Shown here: piece by piece, positions 46,264 through 55,590 of the stretch
Layout of the letters: each line of letters starts with the position of its first letter
Numbering within the stretch: the stretch's first letter is position 1
IMG/VR virus record: IMGVR_UViG_3300025647_000019
Span: 29,965 to 93,964 of that record
Strand: one strand, 5' to 3'
Length of the DNA: 64,000 nucleotides
From: a virus
Position numbers and translations under genes: made by a program
Notes under the pieces: model-generated
The model's input: only the letters and a program-made list of their open reading frames with translations
Databases searched by the model: none
Told to the model about the DNA's origin: nothing

Positions 46264-47807
46264 AAGATTGTTTATTTATAGCTCCTAGAATTTCTAAAGC
46301 TACATATCAGGAACTAGCTGAAAATTTTACTGCAATAGAAACCCCAACTTGGTCATTACTTTTAGCAGAATCTTGTCGATCTATCGGCTTTGATGTTTCA
46401 ATTTTAGATATGAATGCTGAAAGATTAACTGATGGACAAATGTTATTAAGGATCTCAAATGAAGATCCCAGATTTATTTGTTTCCCAGTTTATGGATCAA
46501 ATCCAAATTCAGGATCTCTTATGATGGGCGATGCAATTTTATTAGCAGAAACTATTAAAGAGACTTTTCCAAATATTCCCATAATATTTGTTGGATCTCA
46601 TATGCAAGCAAGACCAAATCAAGTACTACTGGATCATAAGGGAATTGTCGATATTATTCTTACTGGTGAGGGGGTTTATGCTTTAAGGAATTTATTAAAA
46701 TTGGATTATACAGTTGGAGCCCCTGAATTATTAAATTTGGATTCTGTTAAAGGAATAGGATTTATTAAAGACGGAAATCCCTTTTTAACCCCGCCAGAAA
46801 AAATAGTTCCACAAGAAAGAATGGATATTGATCTCCCGGGATATGCTTGGGATCTTTTACCATATAAGGAGAGTCCTTTAGACTTATATAGATCTCATTT
46901 TTTCCATGCAGAATATCAACACGATAAAAGAACTCCATTTGCTGCAATTTATACATCATTGGGTTGCATGTTTAAATGCTCATTTTGTATGATCAATCTT
47001 ATTAATAAAAATGATAATGATTCTATTGGAGTTGCTTCAAATTATTCAGGAATGAGATTCTGGAGTCCCGAGCTTATAGCGGGAGAATTTGATAAGTTAT
47101 GGGAAATGGGGGTAAGAACAATTCGTATTAGTGATGAAATGTTTTTACTTAATAGAAAATATTATGTTCCATTGTGTGAAATGTTAAGAGATCGTGGATA
47201 TGGAGAAGAACTTCTGATGTGGGTTTATTCTCGGGTTGATACCATTAATGATAAAAGCAATCTTAAGCTTCTCAGAGACGCAGGAATTAAAATGGTTTCT
47301 TTAGGAGTTGAAAGTGGAAATAAAAAAGTTCGCTTAGAAGTTACTAAAGGAAAATTTGAAGAAGTTGATATCAAAGATGTTATTCAAAAATGTAGAGATG
47401 CAGGAATTGAACCAATGGCAAATTATATGTTTGGTCTTCCAGGGGATACTTATGAATCAATGTTAGAAACACTTCAATTATCATTGGAATTAAATACAAC
47501 AGTATGGAATGCCTATGCAGCTACAGCTTTACCTGGTAGTCAACTTTATAAAGATTGTGTAGATAAAAATATTCCTTTACCTCAAACATATAATGATTGG
47601 TCATTCTTTTCTGAAAATACTATTGGTATTCCAACAGAAGAATTAACTTCCGATCAAATTATAGAATTTAGAGATTGGGCATATCAAGTTTATCATACTT
47701 ATCCTCCATTTTTATATACAATAGAAAAGAAATACGGTAAGATAGCAAAAGAAAATATTTTGAACCAGAATAAGATTTCATTAAAAAGGAATAAAATTAA
47801 TGACTAA
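46260..47807 (+). CDS. B12-binding radical SAM protein (class B methylase-like)
   Basis: N-terminal cobalamin-binding domain; GCMFKCSFC; LGVESG; FGLPGDT. Confidence 0.9.
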   Translation: MKDCLFIAPRISKATYQELAENFTAIETPTWSLLLAESCRSIGFDVSILDMNAERLTDGQMLLRISNEDPRFICFPVYGSNPNSGSLMMGDAILLAETIKETFPNIPIIFVGSHMQARPNQVLLDHKGIVDIILTGEGVYALRNLLKLDYTVGAPELLNLDSVKGIGFIKDGNPFLTPPEKIVPQERMDIDLPGYAWDLLPYKESPLDLYRSHFFHAEYQHDKRTPFAAIYTSLGCMFKCSFCMINLINKNDNDSIGVASNYSGMRFWSPELIAGEFDKLWEMGVRTIRISDEMFLLNRKYYVPLCEMLRDRGYGEELLMWVYSRVDTINDKSNLKLLRDAGIKMVSLGVESGNKKVRLEVTKGKFEEVDIKDVIQKCRDAGIEPMANYMFGLPGDTYESMLETLQLSLELNTTVWNAYAATALPGSQLYKDCVDKNIPLPQTYNDWSFFSENTIGIPTEELTSDQIIEFRDWAYQVYHTYPPFLYTIEKKYGKIAKENILNQNKISLKRNKIND

Positions 47808-48780
47808 AAAAATATGTATAATTTTTTGTACGTGTTCAAGAAACCCAAATCAGGGAAATGCTTGGAAAATTTCAACATTGCAGAATTTATTTTCTCAGAC
47901 ATCAGAAAAATATGAATATACTTTTGTAAGTTCGGATTGTTGTTCTCATCCAGATAATAGAAATAATTTAATTAATTTCAATTTTGATGGAAGAGGTTTT
48001 GATTATATTAATCATATTGATACTCCCATATCTCTACAAATGTCATTAAATCATACAATAAAAAAAGTTCACGAAATAGATCCTCACGATTATTATATAA
48101 TGTGGAGTAGTGATACTGGATTCTTAGATCCATATGCAATTCAAAAAATTATAAACGAATTAGATAATGATGATTCAATTTTTGCCCCGGGGTGGAAATG
48201 TGATTTAGCTGGTCCTCCATTTGGAGAAGCTCACAAATATAAACCAGATGTAAAGAAAACTATTTTGCCAATTGGTTATGGATTTAATGGAATATTCGTA
48301 GGATTTTCAAAATATCATGTTGAAAAATATAATTTAAAACCATATTCTGATGTTGTTTTAACTAATTGCGGAGAATGTATGTTAACATATCAAGCTGCTG
48401 CAATAAAAAAACATCAATCAATTATTAATTATGTTTGCTTAGAGGAAAAAATGTGTCCCCCAGATGGATCTTCAAATCTCTTTATGGGGAGAAGGGAAAA
48501 TTTAGTAAGAACATTAAATCTTCGAGGTCCTTCTGGTGAATTAACTTTATGGGATAATTCGAAATATAATTTTAAAGAAATGGTTGAAGGGGGATTAAAA
48601 TATGGATTAGGATATCAAGAAATGGATGCAAATCAATGGTGGTTACATGATCCAAATTGTTATGATGAAAATTATTTCTGTACAAATGATGATTTGTATC
48701 ATTACATAAAAAACAATTGGTATATAAAAAAAGAAGATTTTGATTATGATGCAAATCATGGTGAATTTAGGAGGTTATAA
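47800..48780 (+). CDS. Possible GT-A-like glycosyltransferase
   Basis: SDCCS, LNHT, SSD pattern; weak. Confidence 0.4.
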   Translation: MTKKICIIFCTCSRNPNQGNAWKISTLQNLFSQTSEKYEYTFVSSDCCSHPDNRNNLINFNFDGRGFDYINHIDTPISLQMSLNHTIKKVHEIDPHDYYIMWSSDTGFLDPYAIQKIINELDNDDSIFAPGWKCDLAGPPFGEAHKYKPDVKKTILPIGYGFNGIFVGFSKYHVEKYNLKPYSDVVLTNCGECMLTYQAAAIKKHQSIINYVCLEEKMCPPDGSSNLFMGRRENLVRTLNLRGPSGELTLWDNSKYNFKEMVEGGLKYGLGYQEMDANQWWLHDPNCYDENYFCTNDDLYHYIKNNWYIKKEDFDYDANHGEFRRL

Positions 48781-49322
48781 TGGTAATTAGAAAAGCTTTG
48801 ATATTAACTTATGATAAATTTCAGGATAATGAAGTTCTTTATCCTTATTATCGATTACAAGAGGCGGGATTTAAGGTAGATGTTTCTGCTGAAAAGATTG
48901 GACCTATTTTTGGAATCAATGGATGTAAAATGATGGCAACAGTAGAAGCAGATAAAATTAATCCTGATGATTATGATTTCCTTTGTATTCCCGGAGGAGT
49001 TAAAGCTTTAGAAAAGCTTCGTCAAGTTTCAGAAGCAATTGAATTTACTAGAAAATTTCATGACGATGGAAAAATTATTGCTTCAATTTGTCATGGGGCT
49101 CAAATACTAATTTCAGCTGGGGTTTGTAAAGGAAAGAAAATTTCTGGATATTATAGCATCAAAGACGATATTATTAATGCTGGTGGAACTTATATAGATG
49201 AAGCTTGGGCTCGAGACGGAAATGTTATTTCTTCACCTCATTATGATTTTATGCCGGAATGGTTAGCCATAGCTTTGAAGATGTATGATACATGGAGTCT
49301 TGTTAACAATGACAGATCATAA
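48780..49322 (+). CDS. DJ-1/PfpI family protein
   Basis: FQDNE..YP, IPGG, SICHG. Confidence 0.9.
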   Translation: MVIRKALILTYDKFQDNEVLYPYYRLQEAGFKVDVSAEKIGPIFGINGCKMMATVEADKINPDDYDFLCIPGGVKALEKLRQVSEAIEFTRKFHDDGKIIASICHGAQILISAGVCKGKKISGYYSIKDDIINAGGTYIDEAWARDGNVISSPHYDFMPEWLAIALKMYDTWSLVNNDRS

Positions 49323-49977
49323 AAATGTAATTGTCAAAAAGCCCTGGGGAAAAGAATATCTCATTTTCGAAAATGATGATGTTGGTATTTGGGCTTTACA
49401 TATTAATAAGGGTGAGAGTACTTCATTGCACTGTCACCCTAAAAAAAATACGGGACTGATTATATTAAAGGGGGAAGTAGAAGTTTCCTTTTTAAATGAT
49501 TCAAGAATTCATGTTCCAATGGACAAAATAATGATCCGAAGAGGATTATTTCATTCTTCAAAAGCTATAACTGATGCAGTCATCCTTGAAATAGAAAGTC
49601 CAAAAGATAAATTGGATCTAGTTAGATTTACAGATAATTACGGAAGAAAATATAAACCCTATGAAGGAAAAGATCAAGAAATAGAAAGAACTGATGAGTT
49701 ATGGATTGAAGTTCCTGAAGATCACATAGTTAGCTGTAAATCGGCTTTTGGTAAATTATTTGTAACTGAAAGAACTAATACGGGTAGAATTCCCCTTACA
49801 ACTCACGAATTAGACATAATAATAATTTGTGAAGGAGGAATTATTGATCAGAAGACTGGATGGTATGTTGCTGCTCCGGGTGATGTTATAACTTCAAAGG
49901 TTATGAATATATTATTAGAAAGATTTAATCCAACTCAATCATTAGTTACTATAAAAATTCCAGTCGGGAAAGGTTAA
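49309..49977 (+). CDS. Cupin (sugar-phosphate isomerase-like)
   Basis: KPWGKE, TSLHCHPKK, FHS, EIE..DLVR..D.YGR. Confidence 0.75.
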   Translation: MTDHKNVIVKKPWGKEYLIFENDDVGIWALHINKGESTSLHCHPKKNTGLIILKGEVEVSFLNDSRIHVPMDKIMIRRGLFHSSKAITDAVILEIESPKDKLDLVRFTDNYGRKYKPYEGKDQEIERTDELWIEVPEDHIVSCKSAFGKLFVTERTNTGRIPLTTHELDIIIICEGGIIDQKTGWYVAAPGDVITSKVMNILLERFNPTQSLVTIKIPVGKG

Positions 49978-49978
49978 T

Positions 49979-50770
49979 ATGTTTGAACAAATTTGTTATA
50001 ATAGATTTTTTGAATTTGAAGTAGCAAAAGCTATTGAAGAAAAAAGAATTCAGATACCAGTTTATTTATCAGCAGGACAAGAATCAATTCCAGTTGGGGT
50101 TCATTCAGTATATCCGGATGCTGCTATTTTTGCACAGCACAGATGTCATTCATGGTATCTTACTTATGGAGGTTCTCCTGAAAAATTACGTGATGAACTC
50201 TTGGGATTAGAAACCGGATGTGCAAAAGGAATGGGGGGATCTGCTTCTATTCACGATCCCGATATTCCTATGTTTGGACATAGTGGGCTAATGGGGGATC
50301 AAGTTCCTATTGCTGTTGGTTATGCTCTTGAATCTCAAAAAACAACTATAGCAGTTATTGGAGACGGGGCAGTAGAAGAAGATTATGTTCTTGCTTCATT
50401 AGGTTTTGCTGCAACTAAAAACTGTCCAATATTATTTGTAGTTGAAGATAATAATTTAGCTATTCTTACTGAAAAGAAAGTAAGAAGGTCTTGGAGTATC
50501 GTAGATGTTGCTAAAGGATTTGGATTGAATTCAGCTCATTGTTCAGATGATCCAACTGAAATAAAACATACTTTAGAAATTTTAAAATTACCTGCATTAA
50601 TCAATGTTCATACACATAGACATTTATGGCATGCTGGATCTGGAAATGATGGTCCTCCTGAATTTAATAGATATGAAGATATTAAATCTAGATATAGATT
50701 GGGGTTTCTTGGTGATGAAATGGAACGTAATGTTATAAATGAAGTGAGGGAATTATGGCAAAAACAGTAG
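49979..50770 (+). CDS. TPP-dependent enzyme, E1 alpha-like subunit
   Basis: YLSAGQE, HRCH, GMGGS, GDGA...EDNN TPP motif. Confidence 0.9.
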   Translation: MFEQICYNRFFEFEVAKAIEEKRIQIPVYLSAGQESIPVGVHSVYPDAAIFAQHRCHSWYLTYGGSPEKLRDELLGLETGCAKGMGGSASIHDPDIPMFGHSGLMGDQVPIAVGYALESQKTTIAVIGDGAVEEDYVLASLGFAATKNCPILFVVEDNNLAILTEKKVRRSWSIVDVAKGFGLNSAHCSDDPTEIKHTLEILKLPALINVHTHRHLWHAGSGNDGPPEFNRYEDIKSRYRLGFLGDEMERNVINEVRELWQKQ

Positions 50771-51666
50771 CTGAAACCATTAGGGATACCACAAGATCTC
50801 ATTTGGAAAAAGGCGGAAAATTATTTGGGCAATGTGTAACTGCTGTTGGTTGGGTCGGAGGAACAATTCCTGAAATGACTGAAGAAGAAGGAATTGTAGA
50901 ATTAGCCCTATCAGATTCTTCCAATCCGGGAATGCCAATTGGTTGTGCCTTAGCTGGTAATCGACCAATTTATGTAGTTCGATATCAGGGCTTTTTATGG
51001 TATAATGCTGTATCATTGATTAATTATGCAGGCAAGTCAAAAGAAATGTGGGATGTTCCTTGCCCGGTTTTTATTCGAGCAATTGGAATGGAAGGAAGCA
51101 TAGGTCCAGTTGCAACTTCTTCTGAACATAGCATGATTATGAGAAAATCTGGTATACCTGTATTTGCTCCAATGACCCCAAAGGAATGGTTAAAAGTTTG
51201 GAATTATTATCTTGAGCATGATGATCCAGTATTTTGTTCAGAACATAGAAAAAGTTTTCAATTAACCGATGAGGGAGATTTATCATATATAAAGTTTTAT
51301 AAGGATGCAGATATAACTTTATTTCCAATTTCTGCAGCTAGATTATCAACTAAAGAAGCTGTTGAAGCTTTATACAATGATAAAAAAATAAAATGTAATG
51401 TTTATCCAATTGTTCAATTAAAGCCTTTTGATATTGGTTATGCTAGCAGAGGATTAATTACCCAAAAAGCTTTAGTTATAGATTCTGACAATGAAATTTG
51501 TGGAGCATCAAAATCTATTGCACACGATATTATGCTTCATACAAGAATTCCAACTCATACTTTAGGGTTAGAAGATCGAACAGCAGGGTTTGCCAAACAT
51601 TTAGACAATGGAACTCCGGATGCTAAAAAGATTTATGATAAGGTGGTTTCTCTTGTTAACTATTAA
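50755..51666 (+). CDS. TPP-dependent enzyme, E1 beta-like subunit
   Basis: G.AL.G.RPI, INYAGK, P.TP.E, DDPVF.SEHR. Confidence 0.85.
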   Translation: MAKTVAETIRDTTRSHLEKGGKLFGQCVTAVGWVGGTIPEMTEEEGIVELALSDSSNPGMPIGCALAGNRPIYVVRYQGFLWYNAVSLINYAGKSKEMWDVPCPVFIRAIGMEGSIGPVATSSEHSMIMRKSGIPVFAPMTPKEWLKVWNYYLEHDDPVFCSEHRKSFQLTDEGDLSYIKFYKDADITLFPISAARLSTKEAVEALYNDKKIKCNVYPIVQLKPFDIGYASRGLITQKALVIDSDNEICGASKSIAHDIMLHTRIPTHTLGLEDRTAGFAKHLDNGTPDAKKIYDKVVSLVNY

Positions 51667-52045
51667 CGATATACCAACGGGATTTGGTAATCCTGAAAAA
51701 ATAATAGCAATAGATTTTGATGGAGTAATTCATGATTCATATAATGGATATGGTGATGGAACTTGTTATGGAGAACCCATTCCGGGAGCTATTGATGCTA
51801 TAATTGAATTGTCTGAAAATTATGATATAGTTATTTTTACCGCTAAAGCAAAACCAGATCGGCCATTGGTTAATGGTAAAACTGGAACTGAGTTAGTTTG
51901 GGAATGGCTAAAGGAATATAATATTGATATGTTTATTGCAAAAGTTACCTCTGAAAAACCTAGAGCAAAATATTATATTGATGATAATGCAATAAGATTT
52001 GAAACGTGGAATCAAACAATGAAGGAATTAAAAAATGGAAATTAA
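51608..52045 (+). CDS. HAD-superfamily phosphatase
   Basis: IAIDFDGVI, FTAK, KP..YYIDD. Confidence 0.85.
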   Translation: MELRMLKRFMIRWFLLLTINDIPTGFGNPEKIIAIDFDGVIHDSYNGYGDGTCYGEPIPGAIDAIIELSENYDIVIFTAKAKPDRPLVNGKTGTELVWEWLKEYNIDMFIAKVTSEKPRAKYYIDDNAIRFETWNQTMKELKNGN

Positions 52046-53231
52046 ATATCCTCTTGCTAAACAAACAATAACAAATGAAGAAATAGATGCTCTTATTGAA
52101 TGGCTAAAAACATATCCCCGTTTAACAATGGGAGAAATTACCAAGGAGTTTGAAAGAAAATGGGCAGAATATATTGGAACAAAATATGCCGTATTTGTAA
52201 ACTCTGGATCATCAGCAAACTTACTAATGATATATGCGTTACTGGTGACTGGGAGATTAAAGAAAGGTGATAAAGTTCTTGTTCCAGCAGTTGGCTGGGG
52301 AACAACAGTGGCACCACTGATTCAACTGGGTCTTGAACCAATTATGGTAGATGTGGATCCTTTTACATTTGGTATAGATGTTTATAAATGCGAAAGAGAA
52401 TTAGAAAAAAATCCAGGAATTAAAGCAATATTATTTGTTGATGTTCTTGGAGTTCCTGCCAATATAAAAGAATTAAAAGAGTTGGCTTCTAATAGAAAAT
52501 TATTATTGCTTGAAGATTCGTGTGCAGCATTAGGATCAAAATATGATAACAAAATGATTGGATCCTTTGGGGATATTTCTACATTTTCATTTTATTTTGG
52601 TCATCAACTTTCTACAATTGAGGGTGGAATGATCAATACAAACAATGAAGAAATTTTTGAAGCTTTAATTATGTCAAGAAGCCATGGATGGGGAAAAGAA
52701 TTATCTCAAGAAACATATGATCATTTGATTTCTGAAAACGATATTGATGACTTTCATAAACCATTTACATTTTTTATTCCTGGATTTAATTTAAGAGGAA
52801 CAGATCTTCAAGCAAAAATAGGATTAGGGCAAATAGAAAAAGCAGAATGGGTTGCAAATAGAAGACATGAAAATCATAAAAGATATATGAAAAATCTCGA
52901 TAGATATTGTGATTTCCAATGTCCAGTTCTTGGCCCAGTTGAAGATAGAGTTTCAAGCATTTCATTTGGGTGTTTAGTAAGAGAAAATTCAACCAGAAAA
53001 GAAATAGTTAGAAGATTAGTGGACAATGGAATTGAAACAAGATTATTCAGTGCTGGAAATTTGGGGCTTCATCCATTCTGGAAACAGTATAATAAAGATT
53101 TTTCAAATTTTCAAGTAGCAAACTTAATTCATTCAAATGGATTTTTTCTACCGAATTATCCAGAGCTTACATTAGATGAGATTGATTTTATTTCATCAGT
53201 TGTTATAGAAGGGGTTACTCATGAGCATTAA
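52035..53231 (+). CDS. PLP/PMP-dependent NDP-4-keto-6-deoxyhexose 3-dehydratase (ColD/DdhC-like)
   Basis: DegT fold (NSGSSANL, EDSC) with His in SFYFGHQLSTIEGG where aminotransferases have Lys. Confidence 0.85.
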   Translation: MEIKYPLAKQTITNEEIDALIEWLKTYPRLTMGEITKEFERKWAEYIGTKYAVFVNSGSSANLLMIYALLVTGRLKKGDKVLVPAVGWGTTVAPLIQLGLEPIMVDVDPFTFGIDVYKCERELEKNPGIKAILFVDVLGVPANIKELKELASNRKLLLLEDSCAALGSKYDNKMIGSFGDISTFSFYFGHQLSTIEGGMINTNNEEIFEALIMSRSHGWGKELSQETYDHLISENDIDDFHKPFTFFIPGFNLRGTDLQAKIGLGQIEKAEWVANRRHENHKRYMKNLDRYCDFQCPVLGPVEDRVSSISFGCLVRENSTRKEIVRRLVDNGIETRLFSAGNLGLHPFWKQYNKDFSNFQVANLIHSNGFFLPNYPELTLDEIDFISSVVIEGVTHEH

Positions 53232-54054
53232 ACCAAAAACTTATCCATCAGAAATTATAGACATAGAATTATCAGGACATAAATTTAAATTTGTAGATTG
53301 GAAGCATCCATCACAAGGAGGGCCTCATTTTGACGTTGGAATGTTTGAATTTATAAAATCAATAGTTAAACCCGGAGATGTTGTAATAGACATTGGAACT
53401 CATGTTGGGGTAAAAACTCTAATGTATGGTTTAGCTGCTGGGAAAAAGGGCGCTGTTTATGGTTTTGAACCAAATCCATATGTTTTCGAGCCTTTTAAAA
53501 AATCTTGTGAATTAAATAGGGATATTATAAATGTTATTCCCGTTTGTGCAGCTATAACTGAAGAACCCGGGAACTTTATTTTTCATTATTCAGACGAAGG
53601 ATATTATAATGGAGGATTTGCTTCTAAAACAGATTATGGAGTTGGAGGATGTGGCCATGTTGTCCCAATAGAAGTTGAAGGAATACGATTTGATGATTAT
53701 TTTTTCGGGGTTGAAGGGAAAGAAAAAATTAAATTATTCAAGGTTGATACTGAGGGATATGATCTATCGGTTTTAAAATCCGTTAAATCTTTATTAGAAG
53801 AAGTCAAACCCATTATTCAATCAGAATTATTTTTAATGTTATCGGATGAAGAAATTCAGAATCATTTAAAATTCCTTGACGATTTGGGTTATGTTAATTA
53901 CTTTTTCCCCGATGAAAAACAATCCGTCTATGGTAAAACCAATATTTATAATTTAAGGGATAAAAATTTCACTTGTAATGAATGGCAGCATGCAAAAAGG
54001 GTTTTCAAAGGCAAAAATTTAATTTCAGTTCATAAGAGTCAATTAGAAGCTTAA
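53221..54054 (+). CDS. FkbM-family methyltransferase
   Basis: IDIGTHVG, FEPNP, KVDTEGYD..VL. Confidence 0.9.
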   Translation: MSIKPKTYPSEIIDIELSGHKFKFVDWKHPSQGGPHFDVGMFEFIKSIVKPGDVVIDIGTHVGVKTLMYGLAAGKKGAVYGFEPNPYVFEPFKKSCELNRDIINVIPVCAAITEEPGNFIFHYSDEGYYNGGFASKTDYGVGGCGHVVPIEVEGIRFDDYFFGVEGKEKIKLFKVDTEGYDLSVLKSVKSLLEEVKPIIQSELFLMLSDEEIQNHLKFLDDLGYVNYFFPDEKQSVYGKTNIYNLRDKNFTCNEWQHAKRVFKGKNLISVHKSQLEA

Positions 54055-54136
54055 AAGCCCCTACTTAAAGTATATTTTTTTAACCTGTATTCAATTTAAT
54101 ATTGACTTTAATACTATAGTCCATAGGAGGAAAACA

Positions 54137-54304
54137 ATGACGTCAGAAAATTTTTTTGATAGTTTAAATGAAGAACAAAAACTAAAAGTTGAACAGAAAG
54201 TAAAAGAGATCTTAAATAAAACCCCGGGAGAATCAACGATTCTTGAAATAAAGGAACTTCAGGAAAGTGTAGCAAAATCTATATACAGAATTCTTCACGA
54301 TTAA
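54137..54304 (+). CDS. Small hypothetical protein (55 aa, not in ORF track)
   Basis: AGGAGG RBS; translated by hand. Confidence 0.5.
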   Translation: MTSENFFDSLNEEQKLKVEQKVKEILNKTPGESTILEIKELQESVAKSIYRILHD

Positions 54305-54308
54305 ATTA

Positions 54309-54337
54309 TTTACAAACCAGGTTCTTTGTGATATAAT
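54309..54337 (+). promoter_or_regulatory. sigma70-like promoter TTTACA-17-TATAAT
   Basis: Exact spacing; heads the putative base-modification operon. Confidence 0.75.
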
Positions 54338-54364
54338 CTGCATAGACCGAAAAATTATGGAGGT

Positions 54365-54877
54365 ATGATAGTGCAGATTTTAAATGTCGGTTATGAATTG
54401 ACAAAGCAATTAGAAGAAAAGTATTCAGTTTTACAAAATAGACCTCTTAAGATTAACATCCATCATCCAGAACACCAAATGATCTTGAAAAGATTCATAG
54501 GCCAATTAAATGAGGAATTGGTTGAATATCATCTTGGGGAGGATTTTGAAAGGATTGAAGAAATAGCAGATATTTTAAATTTTGCTATGAGTATTCTTCT
54601 AATGCTAGATTTTGAGTATTATGATATAGAATATTATGAAGAAGTTTGTATGTTTGAATTGTTTATTTCGTGGAATGATATTGCCCACAAGTTGAAAAAT
54701 CGACCTTGGAAAAACGATCAAGTTCTAACTTGTATGGAAACAATAAAACCTTTAGTTAAAAAAGCTTTTGATCAAACCTATTGTTTTGCAGTAGATAATC
54801 ATCCCAAAGAAGAAATAGTTGAAGCAATTAGACATAAGTTTCAGAAAAACCTTTTTAGATTAAAGTCAAATTATTAG
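54365..54877 (+). CDS. All-alpha (MazG / dimeric dUTPase-dCTPase-like) dNTP pyrophosphatase
   Basis: EELVE...EEIAD...F acidic motif and KNRPWK. Confidence 0.7.
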   Translation: MIVQILNVGYELTKQLEEKYSVLQNRPLKINIHHPEHQMILKRFIGQLNEELVEYHLGEDFERIEEIADILNFAMSILLMLDFEYYDIEYYEEVCMFELFISWNDIAHKLKNRPWKNDQVLTCMETIKPLVKKAFDQTYCFAVDNHPKEEIVEAIRHKFQKNLFRLKSNY

Positions 54878-54885
54878 GAGGAGCT

Positions 54886-55581
54886 ATGAGGATATTCATG
54901 AATCTGGATGAAGCATATCCAGAGATTAAACGAGATTTAAATAAATTTGGGATCATTGTTCATCCGAATACAATGCAAGATAAATATGTTGCGGATGATG
55001 ACGATTATTCTACTAAAGAACTTCAGCTATATAGCTTTTGTATTCTCAATACAGAAGATCATTTGAAATATGCTAAGGATAAAGAATGGTGTATTGCTGA
55101 ATTTGCAGAAAGAATTGATACTAGCAAGGAAACTATTAATCCTGGATACGCATATAAAATTCGTCCGATGTGGGAAGAGTTTGTACACGATGGAAAATTT
55201 GGATACACTTATCATGATCGAATGGCTTTTCAAGTTCCAAAAATTATTGAAGAGTTAAAAAAGAATCCCGATAGTCGTCAGTTGATAGTTCAAATATTTG
55301 ATCCTAATATTGACAATAATAATATTGGATCTGGCGATGGAGGAGCTAAAATCCGAATTCCATGTTCGATGTATTATCAATTAATGTATCGTGAAGAGAA
55401 ATTAGATATTCTCTATCATATGAGAAGTGCAGATTTTAATGAACATTTTAGAAATGATGTTACTCTTGCAATGATGCTTCAGCACTATATTGCCAAAGAA
55501 GCGGGACTTGAACCTGGAAAAATGTTTTATACAGCGGGAAGTTTTCACATTTATAAAAAGGATTGGGAAGTTCTAGCCTAA
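54886..55581 (+). CDS. Thymidylate synthase homologue, dCMP-hydroxymethylase type
   Basis: GYTY..R, DSRQ, catalytic IPCS, MRSADF..HFRND (Asp at the base-specificity position), GSFHIY. Confidence 0.8.
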   Translation: MRIFMNLDEAYPEIKRDLNKFGIIVHPNTMQDKYVADDDDYSTKELQLYSFCILNTEDHLKYAKDKEWCIAEFAERIDTSKETINPGYAYKIRPMWEEFVHDGKFGYTYHDRMAFQVPKIIEELKKNPDSRQLIVQIFDPNIDNNNIGSGDGGAKIRIPCSMYYQLMYREEKLDILYHMRSADFNEHFRNDVTLAMMLQHYIAKEAGLEPGKMFYTAGSFHIYKKDWEVLA

Positions 55582-55590
55582 GGAGCTTAT

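Noticed and set aside
49979-51666. Pyruvate dehydrogenase as a central-metabolism auxiliary gene
   Set aside because: No E2/E3 nearby and embedded in a sugar-nucleotide cluster; a sugar-branching role is more parsimonious.
52035-53231. Sugar aminotransferase (DegT/PerA)
   Set aside because: His replaces the Schiff-base Lys, which is diagnostic of ColD/DdhC-type dehydratases.
54886-55581. Ordinary ThyA
   Set aside because: Asp at the specificity position, no PFN motif, and ThyX is present nearby.
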